DNA of 64,000 nt from Candidatus Falkowbacteria bacterium RIFOXYA2_FULL_47_19 (GTDB lineage: Bacteria; Patescibacteriota; Patescibacteriia; Patescibacteriales; UBA12075). Numbering within the stretch: position 1 is the stretch's first letter; each line of letters opens with the position of its first letter. The translations under genes and the position numbers were made by a program. Location of the stretch: assembly GCA_001780275.1 (NCBI GenBank), contig MFGB01000016.1:27205-91204 (forward strand). Reading direction: 5' to 3'. Below, piece by piece: positions 28,577 to 36,710 of this stretch. A model generated the notes under the pieces. That model had not been told where the DNA came from. It saw nothing but the letters and a program-made list of their open reading frames with translations, and made no database searches.

Positions 28577-28822
28577 ATGTCTCAAGACCAGGGCACGGAG
28601 TATAAAATCGTGGATTCCAATCGTCTAAACATCAAGATCGACTGGGTGTGCCGGGATTGCTCTCAGGAGGCTCTTCTGCTTGAGGTTAACCGAGGAAGAG
28701 GATTTTCTTCCATAATGACCGTACACGAAGATACGTGCGATATCTGCAAGAAAAAGAAGCCGGTGGCCGCTCCCCGCTGTTTCGGTTATCTTAAATATCA
28801 GGTGCCGACAGACTGGGAATAG
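28577..28822 (+). CDS. small zinc-ribbon protein (hypothetical)
   Basis: SD GGGAGAGG lies before the ATG at 28577; the track ORF begins at GTG 28571. CRDC ... CDIC Cys pairs. Confidence 0.5.
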   Translation: MSQDQGTEYKIVDSNRLNIKIDWVCRDCSQEALLLEVNRGRGFSSIMTVHEDTCDICKKKKPVAAPRCFGYLKYQVPTDWE

Positions 28823-28868
28823 TTTTTTTAAATCCGCGGGTCAATTGACGGAAGAAAAGAGGAGAAGC

Positions 28869-29108
28869 ATGGCCAGAAAGACGAAACCGAAAAACAAGAA
28901 CATGGGGACGCAATCCATAAAAATTCAGCTGGTGTTATCGCGGGAATACGAAGAAATGCTCAGCGTGCCTGGCGGCACGGAACGCGTATTTCAGGCGGTT
29001 ATCAGGGAGATCAGTGAAAAAACCAGCCTGGAAGTGCGCCTTATGCCGAAAAGAAGATGGTCCGAGGACTGTGAGCGGACGGAGGCGGAGCCCGCTATCG
29101 GGTTTTAA
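28869..29108 (+). CDS. small basic hypothetical protein
   Basis: AGGAG lies 5 nt before the ATG at 28869; the track ORF starts at TTG 28845, inside a TCAATTGAC palindrome. Confidence 0.45.
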   Translation: MARKTKPKNKNMGTQSIKIQLVLSREYEEMLSVPGGTERVFQAVIREISEKTSLEVRLMPKRRWSEDCERTEAEPAIGF

Positions 29109-29140
29109 AATAATTTTTATACAACATTAATAAACATATA

Positions 29141-29165
29141 AAAGGGTAAATAACCCTTTTTTATT
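29141..29165 (+). terminator. intrinsic terminator
   Basis: AAAGGGT-aaata-ACCCTTT followed by TTTATTTTTT. Confidence 0.75.
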
Positions 29166-29184
29166 TTTTCTTTATATTTTTTTT

Positions 29185-30813
29185 ATGAAAATTTTATCCC
29201 GATTTTGCTATAATACTATTATGGAAATGACAAAATCTAAAATATTCCTGATCGGCTGTCTGGCGTTTATTATCGGAGCGGGGCTGGCGGCCTTCCTGCC
29301 CGAAAGGATTGTCCGGCTGGAATTATTCTGGTTTAGCCTTGCGGCCGGCTGTCTGGCGGCGGTTATTTTGTCGTGGTTAGGTTGTAGAGATATTGCGCGT
29401 AGAGACGAGGCAATGCCTCGTCTCTACGATGGCGGCCGGAGAACGGTTCTGTTATTATTCTGCCTATGTTTCTTTTTGGGCCTGTGGCGCTACGCGCTTA
29501 GCTTGCCCGAAAATTCGCCGGACAAGATCCGGTATTACAACGGGCGGACCGTTTTCGTGGCCGGGACGATTATCAATGAACCGGATAAGCGGATAGGAAG
29601 TCAGAAATTGGAGATTAATGTCAATTCTGTTGATTCGGCGGATAAAGATGCCCCAGCCAGAGATACCCCAGCGAGGCGTCTTTACGGCGTGTCGGGCAAG
29701 ATCCTGGTCACGACCGATCTGTATCCGGAATATTCTTACGGCGACGAAATAGAGATGATCTGCAATTTAGAGGTGCCGGAAGAATTCAAGGGTTTCGCTT
29801 ATGATCGGTATCTGGCCCGGCATGATATTTATTCGGTTTGTTATTACCCCCGCCTTCGCTCCGCTTCGCGGAGTTTCGGCGGGCAAGACTCGCAAGTTCT
29901 AATCTACAAAAAGATATTCGCCTTTAAGGACGAATTGCGCGGCCTGGTAAACAACGGCCTTCCCGAGCCGGCGGCGGGACTCACGCGGGCGATCATGCTC
30001 GGCGACATGCGCGGCATCCCGGATGATCTCAGGGTGATTTTTTCCCAAGTAGGAATAAGCCATATCATGTCCATCTCCGGATCGCATATCAGTATTCTCT
30101 CGGCCATGGCCATGGCCATTCTCTTTGGCCTGGGCCTCAAGCGGCGATACGCTTTTTACGGCGCCGTTTTTTTCCTGTTCGCTTATATTATTTTAGTCGG
30201 CGCTCCGGCCTCGGCTCTCCGTTCGGGGTTTATGGGTTTTCTCGTACTCTGGGCCCTTAATCTGGGCCGCCTTAATAAATTGACCAATTCGCTCGTTTTG
30301 GCGGCCGCCATTATGCTTCTTATAAACCCCCGCCTTTTGCGGGATGATATCGGTTTTCAGCTGTCGTTTTTGGCGGTTTTAGGCATGAGTGAGATTAATC
30401 CGCTTTTGGAAAGTTTATCAGAGCGATTGAAAATTCCTGAATTTAAGGGTATGCGGGCGGTTTTTAACATGACTTTGGCGGCCGAGGCTCTTACCCTGCC
30501 CATAATCGTTTATAATTTCGGCATCCTGTCCGTAGTGGCGCCAATCGCTAATTTATTGGTGCTCTGGACCTTCCCCCTGCTCATGGCCGCTTGTCTGGCC
30601 GGCTGGGCTTTAGGTTTTATTTTTCCCGGCTTAGTCGTTTTATGGTTTTTTCCCGTGGGTCTGATTTTTAAATATATTATCGTTTTGTCACGTTTATTAT
30701 CTAAAATACCCGGCGTTTATTTCACGATTGATTATCTTTGGTCCGGCTGGGCGCTTTTATATTTTTTAGCAATTATTATTTTGATAGTTAAATACAGAAA
30801 GAAGACCAGATAA
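29185..30813 (+). CDS. comEC: DNA internalization competence protein ComEC/Rec2 (membrane domain)
   Basis: Polytopic membrane protein with the ISHIMSISGSHISIL competence-domain motif. The start is uncertain: a TATAAT at 29208-29213 would favour the ATG at 29221 or 29227. Confidence 0.85.
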   Translation: MKILSRFCYNTIMEMTKSKIFLIGCLAFIIGAGLAAFLPERIVRLELFWFSLAAGCLAAVILSWLGCRDIARRDEAMPRLYDGGRRTVLLLFCLCFFLGLWRYALSLPENSPDKIRYYNGRTVFVAGTIINEPDKRIGSQKLEINVNSVDSADKDAPARDTPARRLYGVSGKILVTTDLYPEYSYGDEIEMICNLEVPEEFKGFAYDRYLARHDIYSVCYYPRLRSASRSFGGQDSQVLIYKKIFAFKDELRGLVNNGLPEPAAGLTRAIMLGDMRGIPDDLRVIFSQVGISHIMSISGSHISILSAMAMAILFGLGLKRRYAFYGAVFFLFAYIILVGAPASALRSGFMGFLVLWALNLGRLNKLTNSLVLAAAIMLLINPRLLRDDIGFQLSFLAVLGMSEINPLLESLSERLKIPEFKGMRAVFNMTLAAEALTLPIIVYNFGILSVVAPIANLLVLWTFPLLMAACLAGWALGFIFPGLVVLWFFPVGLIFKYIIVLSRLLSKIPGVYFTIDYLWSGWALLYFLAIIILIVKYRKKTR

Positions 30814-30820
30814 TACAAAT

Positions 30821-30850
30821 AAAAAACCCGGAGGATATTTCTCCGGGTAG
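30821..30850. terminator. bidirectional terminator
   Basis: ACCCGGAG-gatattt-CTCCGGGT, preceded by an A-run. Confidence 0.7.
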
Positions 30851-30854
30851 AGGT

Positions 30855-31274
30855 TTAATGTGTTAATTGTTTTTTTAGCGTTTCAAGGTAGTTAATTGTT
30901 TTTTCTATTTCCAGAAGCATTCTTCGGCAAAATTGTATGGGGGTTATATTAGATTGCCTATTATACTCCAGTTGTAAATTCACAAGCTCATCTTCGGTAT
31001 CGTTTTTAAGCACGCCTTGCGCGACCAATATTTGGAAGCGTAGGGAAAGCAACGTTATATCAAAACTCAGCGATGTTAATGTTTCTTTTTCGGATGTTGA
31101 TTGTAGGTTTGCGGAGAAATCCTCAAAAGTTTTCAGCTTCTTTTCGTATGTGTCCAGCTCGGCCAGTATTTTACTGATTTCTTCGTTGCCCGCGACATCG
31201 CCTCGCGCCCGAATTGGGGCGGAGAGGGAAAAAAATACTGTCAGACAGACAATAGACAAAAAGAGTTTTTTCAT
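30855..31274 (-). CDS. hypothetical secreted coiled-coil protein
   Basis: Signal peptide MKKLFLSIVCLTVFFSLSAPIRA, 139 aa, AT-rich. Confidence 0.55.
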   Translation of the reverse strand: MKKLFLSIVCLTVFFSLSAPIRARGDVAGNEEISKILAELDTYEKKLKTFEDFSANLQSTSEKETLTSLSFDITLLSLRFQILVAQGVLKNDTEDELVNLQLEYNRQSNITPIQFCRRMLLEIEKTINYLETLKKQLTH

Positions 31275-31289
31275 TATTCGTCCTCCTTT

Positions 31290-34226
31290 TTAGATTTTAT
31301 GGAGCCTAAGCGGATTTTTAAGCCTTTTATTGGCTTCGTTCAATTTGTCTTCGTTCGAAATAACGGCGGTTGTTTTGTCGGGCGAGTCAAAATATTTTTT
31401 GGCCACCCTGACGATATCGTCGCGCCGCAGCCGGATCAGGCCGGCTTTGAAAGACTGGCGCATATCATCGGTTGCCAGGATCAGCTCCCGGTAAAAAGCG
31501 AGCTCTGAAGCCGGTCCCGGAGGATCCGGTTTATCTAATTCGGCACAGACCATAAGAATCGCTTCTTTGACGTTTTCGTCGGTGTAGTTTCCGGACCTGA
31601 TAAAATCATCCGCCCGGTTGTAAACACCAAGAGTGTTGATGATATGCGGATCCCGGTATGAAGCATAGGCGAATATCCCGTTTTCGGGATTGTAATTGGC
31701 AAATCCGCCGTAAGCGCCGCCTTTTTCCCTTAGCTCCCGGTGCAGATATTCGTTGCGCATAAGTTCGGCGATGACTGCGAGCGCCGGAGCGTCTTTGTGG
31801 CCGTATTTGACGGCTTCGAAAGCCTGGGCCACGAACGATACGGCGGTGGCGGTTGACCAACCTTCTCGGACAATCGTGTCGGTTGATGTTATTTTGGGAG
31901 ACCGGAAATTATCGGCCTTGTCCGTTCCTCTTCCGGCCAGAAAATCAAGCAGCCGTTTGTCCGGGTTTTCGTTTACGAAAGCCATTTTCAGGTTAGCCGG
32001 CTTTAAGACGGTTTTTTTGATCGCTTCCAGGTCGCGCGCTATGACTTGGAGTTTTTCGTGCCCCAGGTTCAGAGACAGGCCCTTTAGGAATTCGAATTGA
32101 TGGATTCCATCCCATGATTCTTTTAGGAAATTTGTTTTGGAAAAATTCCTGGAAGCTAAAGACATCGCCAGACGATGGCCGTTTTGAATGATCCGCGATT
32201 CTTTTGAGGCCTTGAATCTGTTAAGCGTGTTGGCCAGATGTTTAAGGTTGTCAAAAACCGTTTCGTTAATTAATTCTTCGATCAAGGCGAGCATTTTTTC
32301 TTTATTACGGCTTAAGCATTTGCCGGAAAAAGAGACAAAGGGCAGAGTCGTTCTGGTACCGCCGTATTTAGTATGGACATGCGGACTCAGGCTGATATCG
32401 CCGGTATAACGGTCGATTTCGCGCATCAAAGCCGCGTAATCCCGCCGCTTTGTTCCCATTAAAGGATAGGCGAAGCAGAAGAACGGCACCAAGGGCAGGA
32501 GTTTTTCCGGCAATCGGCCCAGGCCCGCGGCGGCGGTAAAATATTCAATGCCGGCGGTGGGTTGCCTGTACAGGCTGACGCGTCCGTTTTCGATGGCGGC
32601 CTTAACGCTGATAACGGTCGGGGGAATATCCGTTCGTTCCAGGGTCGGCAATATATCCAGGCTTTCTTTTGATTCCTGCAATTTTTCGAGCGCCGTAGCG
32701 GTGGCCTTGATCTTTTCGATCTCCACAGAACCCAGATTGGCTTTAATAGCGGCCAAGCGCTTCTTTTCCTCTTGTTCGAGTCCGGCCTGCATAGTCGTAT
32801 CCGCTTTGAGCGTAAAAAGCACGCGATGGCCGTTATCTATGAAGTATTCCTTGATCTTCTTTTCCAGATAGGCGCCGTTCCCGATCAGATCGCGCAGTTT
32901 TTCAAAAGCGGTTTTTACATTAAGGGCATGAAGCGGGTCGCCGCCATGGATCCAGCATCCGGCCGAATCCAGGAATAGTTTCAGGCCGTAAGGATAGGGT
33001 TCGTTCACTATCTCCTTGGCCTGGAATTCGATCTGGTGGATCGCCGATTCGACCAGTTCCGGGTCGATGCCGTCAGCCGCCAGATTTTCCAGGGTCGAAA
33101 AGATTATTTTTTCGATTTCCGGTGCCGCCGCCGCGTTAACGTCTTTAAGGCCGGCGGCGAACATAGTATCGCGGTTTTCGCAGTTATAGCCGGAGGCGTC
33201 GGACAGGGTCGAGCCCAAATTCGACTCGATCAGAGCGCGGCGCAGAGGAGCCGCGTCATTACCGAGAAGGATCTGCTCCAGGACTTTGAGCGTTAAAACC
33301 TCGAAAACGTCCTTTACATCGGCCGTTAGCCAGGCTACGCACGCCTGGTTCTTTTTTTTCGGGTTTTCGTTCGTGGGGTAGCGGTAAGTCGTTTTTTTCG
33401 GCTGGTCCCAGCGCGGCTGGTTAGGCACCTCGGTATGCGGGTCGATCTTCTTGAAACGGCCCATAATCTTTTCGCTGATGACCTTTAGATGGCCGGCCAA
33501 GGGCAGGTTGCCGTAAGTAAAGAAGAAAGCGTTCGAGGGGTGGTAATGGCGGCGGTGGAATTCTTTGAATTGTTCATACGTCAAAGACGGGATATCTTCG
33601 GGGTCGCCGCCGGAATTGTGTCCGTAGGTCGTATCCGGATAAAGGGCGTTCATTAAGGATCGGTACATCACATTCAGGGGAGACGACATAGCGCCTTTCA
33701 TTTCGTTGAAGACTATGCCTTTGTAAACAAGCTCTTCGGCGCCGGTATCCGGATCTTTCTCGATTTCGTAGCGCCAGCCTTCCTGCCGGAAGTTCAATTC
33801 TTCCAGACGGGGAAAGAAAGCGGCATCGAGATAAACGCCGAGGAGATTATAGAAATCTTTCGTGTTTTGGGTGGCGAAAGGATAACTAGTCCAGTCGGAG
33901 GCGGTAAAGGCGTTCATGAAAGTGCTTAAACTGCGTTTCATCATCGAAAAAAACGGGTCGCGGACAGGATATGATTCCGAACCGCAAAGGGCGGTGTGCT
34001 CAAGGATGTGGGCCACGCCGGTCGAATCGCTGGGCACGGTTTTAAATAGGACGCTGAAGGCGTTTTCTTTATCCTGATTGCTTATATGGATATGTTGAGC
34101 GCCCGTGGCCACGTGCTCCAGTTCGTAAAGTACGGAAGCGATGTCGGGCAGGGCAGCGGCGCGTTTTACCCGGTAGCCGAATAATTCCGCACCCTCAGTA
34201 AGTTCCGGATTGTTTTTATCCTTCAT
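31290..34226 (-). CDS. M16-family zinc metalloprotease (PreP/insulinase-like, M16C)
   Basis: HILEHTALCGS is the inverted zincin HxxEH motif. About 980 aa. I prefer the ATG at 34226, which has AGGAG 8 nt upstream, over the track start at 34268. Confidence 0.88.
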   Translation of the reverse strand: MKDKNNPELTEGAELFGYRVKRAAALPDIASVLYELEHVATGAQHIHISNQDKENAFSVLFKTVPSDSTGVAHILEHTALCGSESYPVRDPFFSMMKRSLSTFMNAFTASDWTSYPFATQNTKDFYNLLGVYLDAAFFPRLEELNFRQEGWRYEIEKDPDTGAEELVYKGIVFNEMKGAMSSPLNVMYRSLMNALYPDTTYGHNSGGDPEDIPSLTYEQFKEFHRRHYHPSNAFFFTYGNLPLAGHLKVISEKIMGRFKKIDPHTEVPNQPRWDQPKKTTYRYPTNENPKKKNQACVAWLTADVKDVFEVLTLKVLEQILLGNDAAPLRRALIESNLGSTLSDASGYNCENRDTMFAAGLKDVNAAAAPEIEKIIFSTLENLAADGIDPELVESAIHQIEFQAKEIVNEPYPYGLKLFLDSAGCWIHGGDPLHALNVKTAFEKLRDLIGNGAYLEKKIKEYFIDNGHRVLFTLKADTTMQAGLEQEEKKRLAAIKANLGSVEIEKIKATATALEKLQESKESLDILPTLERTDIPPTVISVKAAIENGRVSLYRQPTAGIEYFTAAAGLGRLPEKLLPLVPFFCFAYPLMGTKRRDYAALMREIDRYTGDISLSPHVHTKYGGTRTTLPFVSFSGKCLSRNKEKMLALIEELINETVFDNLKHLANTLNRFKASKESRIIQNGHRLAMSLASRNFSKTNFLKESWDGIHQFEFLKGLSLNLGHEKLQVIARDLEAIKKTVLKPANLKMAFVNENPDKRLLDFLAGRGTDKADNFRSPKITSTDTIVREGWSTATAVSFVAQAFEAVKYGHKDAPALAVIAELMRNEYLHRELREKGGAYGGFANYNPENGIFAYASYRDPHIINTLGVYNRADDFIRSGNYTDENVKEAILMVCAELDKPDPPGPASELAFYRELILATDDMRQSFKAGLIRLRRDDIVRVAKKYFDSPDKTTAVISNEDKLNEANKRLKNPLRLHKI

Positions 34227-34434
34227 CTTTTTTTCTCCTCGCTTGGTTTTTATTGCCGTTTTAGACATAACACCGATTAAAAACTTAGCCTTTCTTTATT
34301 GTAATTGATTTATTGTCAAAGGTCAAAAATTTATAACTTTAGATAAATTTAGCATAAAGAGGGAGGAAAAGTCAAGAGTGGGCGGGAAGAGAGGCTGCGT
34401 TGCGACCCCTCTGCCCGCCTTGATTAAAACCTAA

Positions 34435-34462
34435 TTGATTTTTAATCCGGGTTTGTTATAAT
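34435..34462 (+). promoter_or_regulatory. strong sigma-70-type promoter with no downstream ORF
   Basis: TTGATT (34435-34440), a 16-nt spacer, then an extended TGtTATAAT (34454-34462). Confidence 0.65.
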
Positions 34463-34468
34463 ATTATT

Positions 34469-34733
34469 GATGATAAAAATACTTGTCATCTGCAAAGGCT
34501 TCACCAGGCTAACTTCAAGATTTGGATCAAATTGTAAAGAATGGCTTTCCGTTTCTCGCGCGGTTCCGTGGAACCCGGAGTAGGAGACAAGGGCTAGAAA
34601 TCTTTCTGCTTCAACCATTATTCGGAAGATAATACTTCTGAAGAGATTGAACCGGAATGAACTGTTAAGCGATTAACAGCGCCCAATGTATATGGCCAAT
34701 TCTTGGATAGGCATTTTTGGTGAAGCTTTTTTA
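34469..34733 (+). ncRNA. candidate structured ncRNA of unknown class (about 265 nt)
   Basis: Bounded by the promoter above and a T-run. A 5'/3' closing helix forms between GCTTCACCA (34498-34506) and TGGTGAAGC (34718-34726). Internal hairpins: CTGTTAA-GCGA-TTAACAG (34662-34679), GGTTC-cgtg-GAACC (about 34562-34575) and TTCGGAAG..CTTCTGAA (34621-34642). No credible ORF. Confidence 0.45.
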
Positions 34734-34741
34734 TATTCACA

Positions 34742-34796
34742 ATGCGAATCTGCGAATAGATGCCTTAAATTGAGAATGATGCGAATTGTCGTTCTT
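34742..34796 (+). repeat. (A/C)TGCGAAT short-repeat cluster
   Basis: atgcgaat at 34742, ctgcgaat at 34750 and atgcgaat at 34789. Followed by the hairpin ATCCGG-ttatgg-CCGGAT plus T7 (34806-34830). Confidence 0.6.
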
Positions 34797-34880
34797 ATCC
34801 GGTTATGGCCGGATTTTTTTGTTTGACTGGACAAATTATGTTTTTTTGTTTAATATGAATAAAGAAAGAATATTGTCAAT

Positions 34881-34976
34881 GGGCCGTAGTATAACCTGCC
34901 TGCCGGCAGGCAGGCGGTAGTACCCCGAAAAAATCGCTTTGCGATTCTCGGGACAAGCGCGAGCATAAGCGCATGT
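34881..34976 (+). pseudogene. tRNA-Pro 5'-half copy interrupted by two hairpin insertions
   Basis: GGGCCGTAGTATAAC, GGTAGTAC and GCGAGCAT are identical to blocks of the downstream tRNA. They are split by the palindrome CCTGCCTGCCGGCAGGCAGG and by CCCGAaaaaATCGCtttGCGATtcTCGGG. There is no T-arm and no 3' acceptor strand. Confidence 0.55.
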
Positions 34977-34992
34977 AAAATTAAATATTATT

Positions 34993-35063
34993 CGGGCCGT
35001 AGTATAACGGTAGTACGCGAGCATGGGGTGCTTGTAGCGAGGGTTCAATTCCCTCCGGCCCGA
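34993..35063 (+). tRNA. tRNA-Pro (anticodon GGG)
   Basis: Hand-folded cloverleaf. Acceptor CGGGCCG / CGGCCCG. D-arm GTAT-aacggta-GTAC. Anticodon stem CGAGC / GCTTG with loop AT-GGG-GT. T-arm GAGGG-ttcaatt-CCCTC. Discriminator A. CCA is not encoded. Confidence 0.9.
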
Positions 35064-35073
35064 CAGATAAAAT

Positions 35074-35114
35074 ACGAATGACGAATTTCGAATGAATCAA
35101 TGATTTAAAACGAA
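35074..35114 (+). repeat. heptamer-period (A/T)CGAAT repeat cluster
   Basis: acgaatg acgaatt tcgaatg in tandem, plus a further acgaa at 35110. Lies between the tRNA-Pro and the HAD gene. Confidence 0.6.
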
Positions 35115-35203
35115 GAATGCGTAGTTTTTTCAATGACCCGTTGGTTGAAAAGATTACGTATTTTTCATAATTGCACTTTTAACAAATTGGAGGAGGAGGA
35201 AAC

Positions 35204-35863
35204 TTGATCAAGAACTGCTTATTCGACTGGTCCGGGACTTTGGTTGATGATTTTCTAAATGTTTATAAGGCGACAGCCCTGGCTTTTAATGGACTGGGGC
35301 TTAAGGCCATTTCCCTTAACCGGTTTCGGCGCGAATTCAAATTGCCGTATATGGATTTTTGGCACAAGTATTTGCCGAATATGACGCCGGCGGAAGAAAA
35401 AGTCGTTTTTCTGTCGGCCTGGGACACCTTAAAACCATCCCAACTCTTCCCCTTCGTTCATTTAACCCTGTCGGTTCTTAGGGGAAGAAAGATTAATTTG
35501 GTGCTTTTTAGTTCGCATGACCAAGACAGACTGGAAAAAGAAGTTAAGCTTTTCGGCCTGGAGGGTTTTTTCCGGGAGATAAATGGCAGTGTTTTGGACA
35601 AGGTAGCGGCAATCAAATCCGTTCTGGCGCGCAATAATTTCGCAGCTGAAGAAACTATGTTTATCGGCGACATGACCCATGACATTGAGGCTGGGCATGC
35701 GGCCGGAATCATTGCTTGCGCCATTGTGAATCAGGAGGCGAAATTTTTGTACGAAACTATGGGCAAAATATTGTGCGCCTACCCGGATTATTTAATTAAT
35801 GACATCCGGGGGGCGGTTGGCCTTTCGTCTTTTGCCAGAAAAAAAAGAAAAACAAAAATATAA
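35204..35863 (+). CDS. HAD-superfamily hydrolase (phosphatase/phosphonatase-like)
   Basis: TTG start preceded by GGAGGAGGAGGA. Motif I is LFDWSGTLVDD (a DWxGT variant as in phosphonatase-type HADs). Motif IV-like GDMTHDIEAG. Confidence 0.8.
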   Translation: MIKNCLFDWSGTLVDDFLNVYKATALAFNGLGLKAISLNRFRREFKLPYMDFWHKYLPNMTPAEEKVVFLSAWDTLKPSQLFPFVHLTLSVLRGRKINLVLFSSHDQDRLEKEVKLFGLEGFFREINGSVLDKVAAIKSVLARNNFAAEETMFIGDMTHDIEAGHAAGIIACAIVNQEAKFLYETMGKILCAYPDYLINDIRGAVGLSSFARKKRKTKI

Positions 35864-35908
35864 CAACAAAAATAAAACAAAAAAGTCCCGGATACTCGGG
35901 ACTTGTTT

Positions 35909-36571
35909 TTATAAACCGGAGACAATGCGTATGAGCATTCCGATCTCCGACCAATTATGGAAGAAACGGGCGTTGGCCTCGCTTAAGCGCACGCAGCCGT
36001 GCGAATCCGGTTTTCCCGGCAACGTTTGATAATGTATCCAGTAGAGGCTTCCGTGGAACCTTACGCCCCATTTCATCGATGCTCGTTTGCCCTTTATGAA
36101 GTATTTGCTGGAAAAATGATCTTTGTCTTTTTGCAAGACATGAAATTCGCCGGTCGGGGTGGCGTGTCCCTTTTTGCCGGTCGAGACTGGCATAATATCA
36201 ATAAGCCGGCCGTATTCATAGCAATAGAAAAGCTGTTCGGAAAGGTTCATGAGCGCGGCCTTCGGCAGAGCAGCGAATTCTTCCCGGGAGGCCTTAAATT
36301 CGTCTTCGTAGATTTTAAGAACTTTTTTCCAGTTTTCTTCGTCTGCGGGAATCATGACGCTTTGCCCCGTTCTGACTTTTAACGGGTCGATCCGATTGAT
36401 TATCCCCAGAAGTTTTAACCTGAGTTCGTCATTACCGGCTATTTTGGCCAGGTTGTCGTTTTTTCCGATTTTCAGGGTTGCGTATCGGATCGAATCGTTA
36501 TCAAAGCCGGATGCCGGAACAGATCCCGTCCAAACAAACAACAAAAAGAGCGCCAGCCAGAATTTTTTCAT
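35909..36571 (-). CDS. L,D-transpeptidase (YkuD domain) with an N-terminal LysM-like segment
   Basis: Signal peptide. Catalytic SHGCVRL motif. HATPTGEF upstream. Confidence 0.88.
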   Translation of the reverse strand: MKKFWLALFLLFVWTGSVPASGFDNDSIRYATLKIGKNDNLAKIAGNDELRLKLLGIINRIDPLKVRTGQSVMIPADEENWKKVLKIYEDEFKASREEFAALPKAALMNLSEQLFYCYEYGRLIDIMPVSTGKKGHATPTGEFHVLQKDKDHFSSKYFIKGKRASMKWGVRFHGSLYWIHYQTLPGKPDSHGCVRLSEANARFFHNWSEIGMLIRIVSGL

Positions 36572-36710
36572 TTTCTCTCCTTGCTACTTTTGGTTTTAAA
36601 GCAAAATATTTTTAAAAGAGCTATTTTTTAAAACCGATTAAATTCTTACCTTATATTACACCTTAACTCGCGGTCTGTCAATCGTCTCTTGGTTGTGATA
36701 TGATAAAAAC

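Noticed and set aside
34836-35048. The 70-aa minus-strand ORF.
   Set aside because: It overlaps the tRNA-Pro gene and its upstream half-copy, so the RNA explanation is much stronger.
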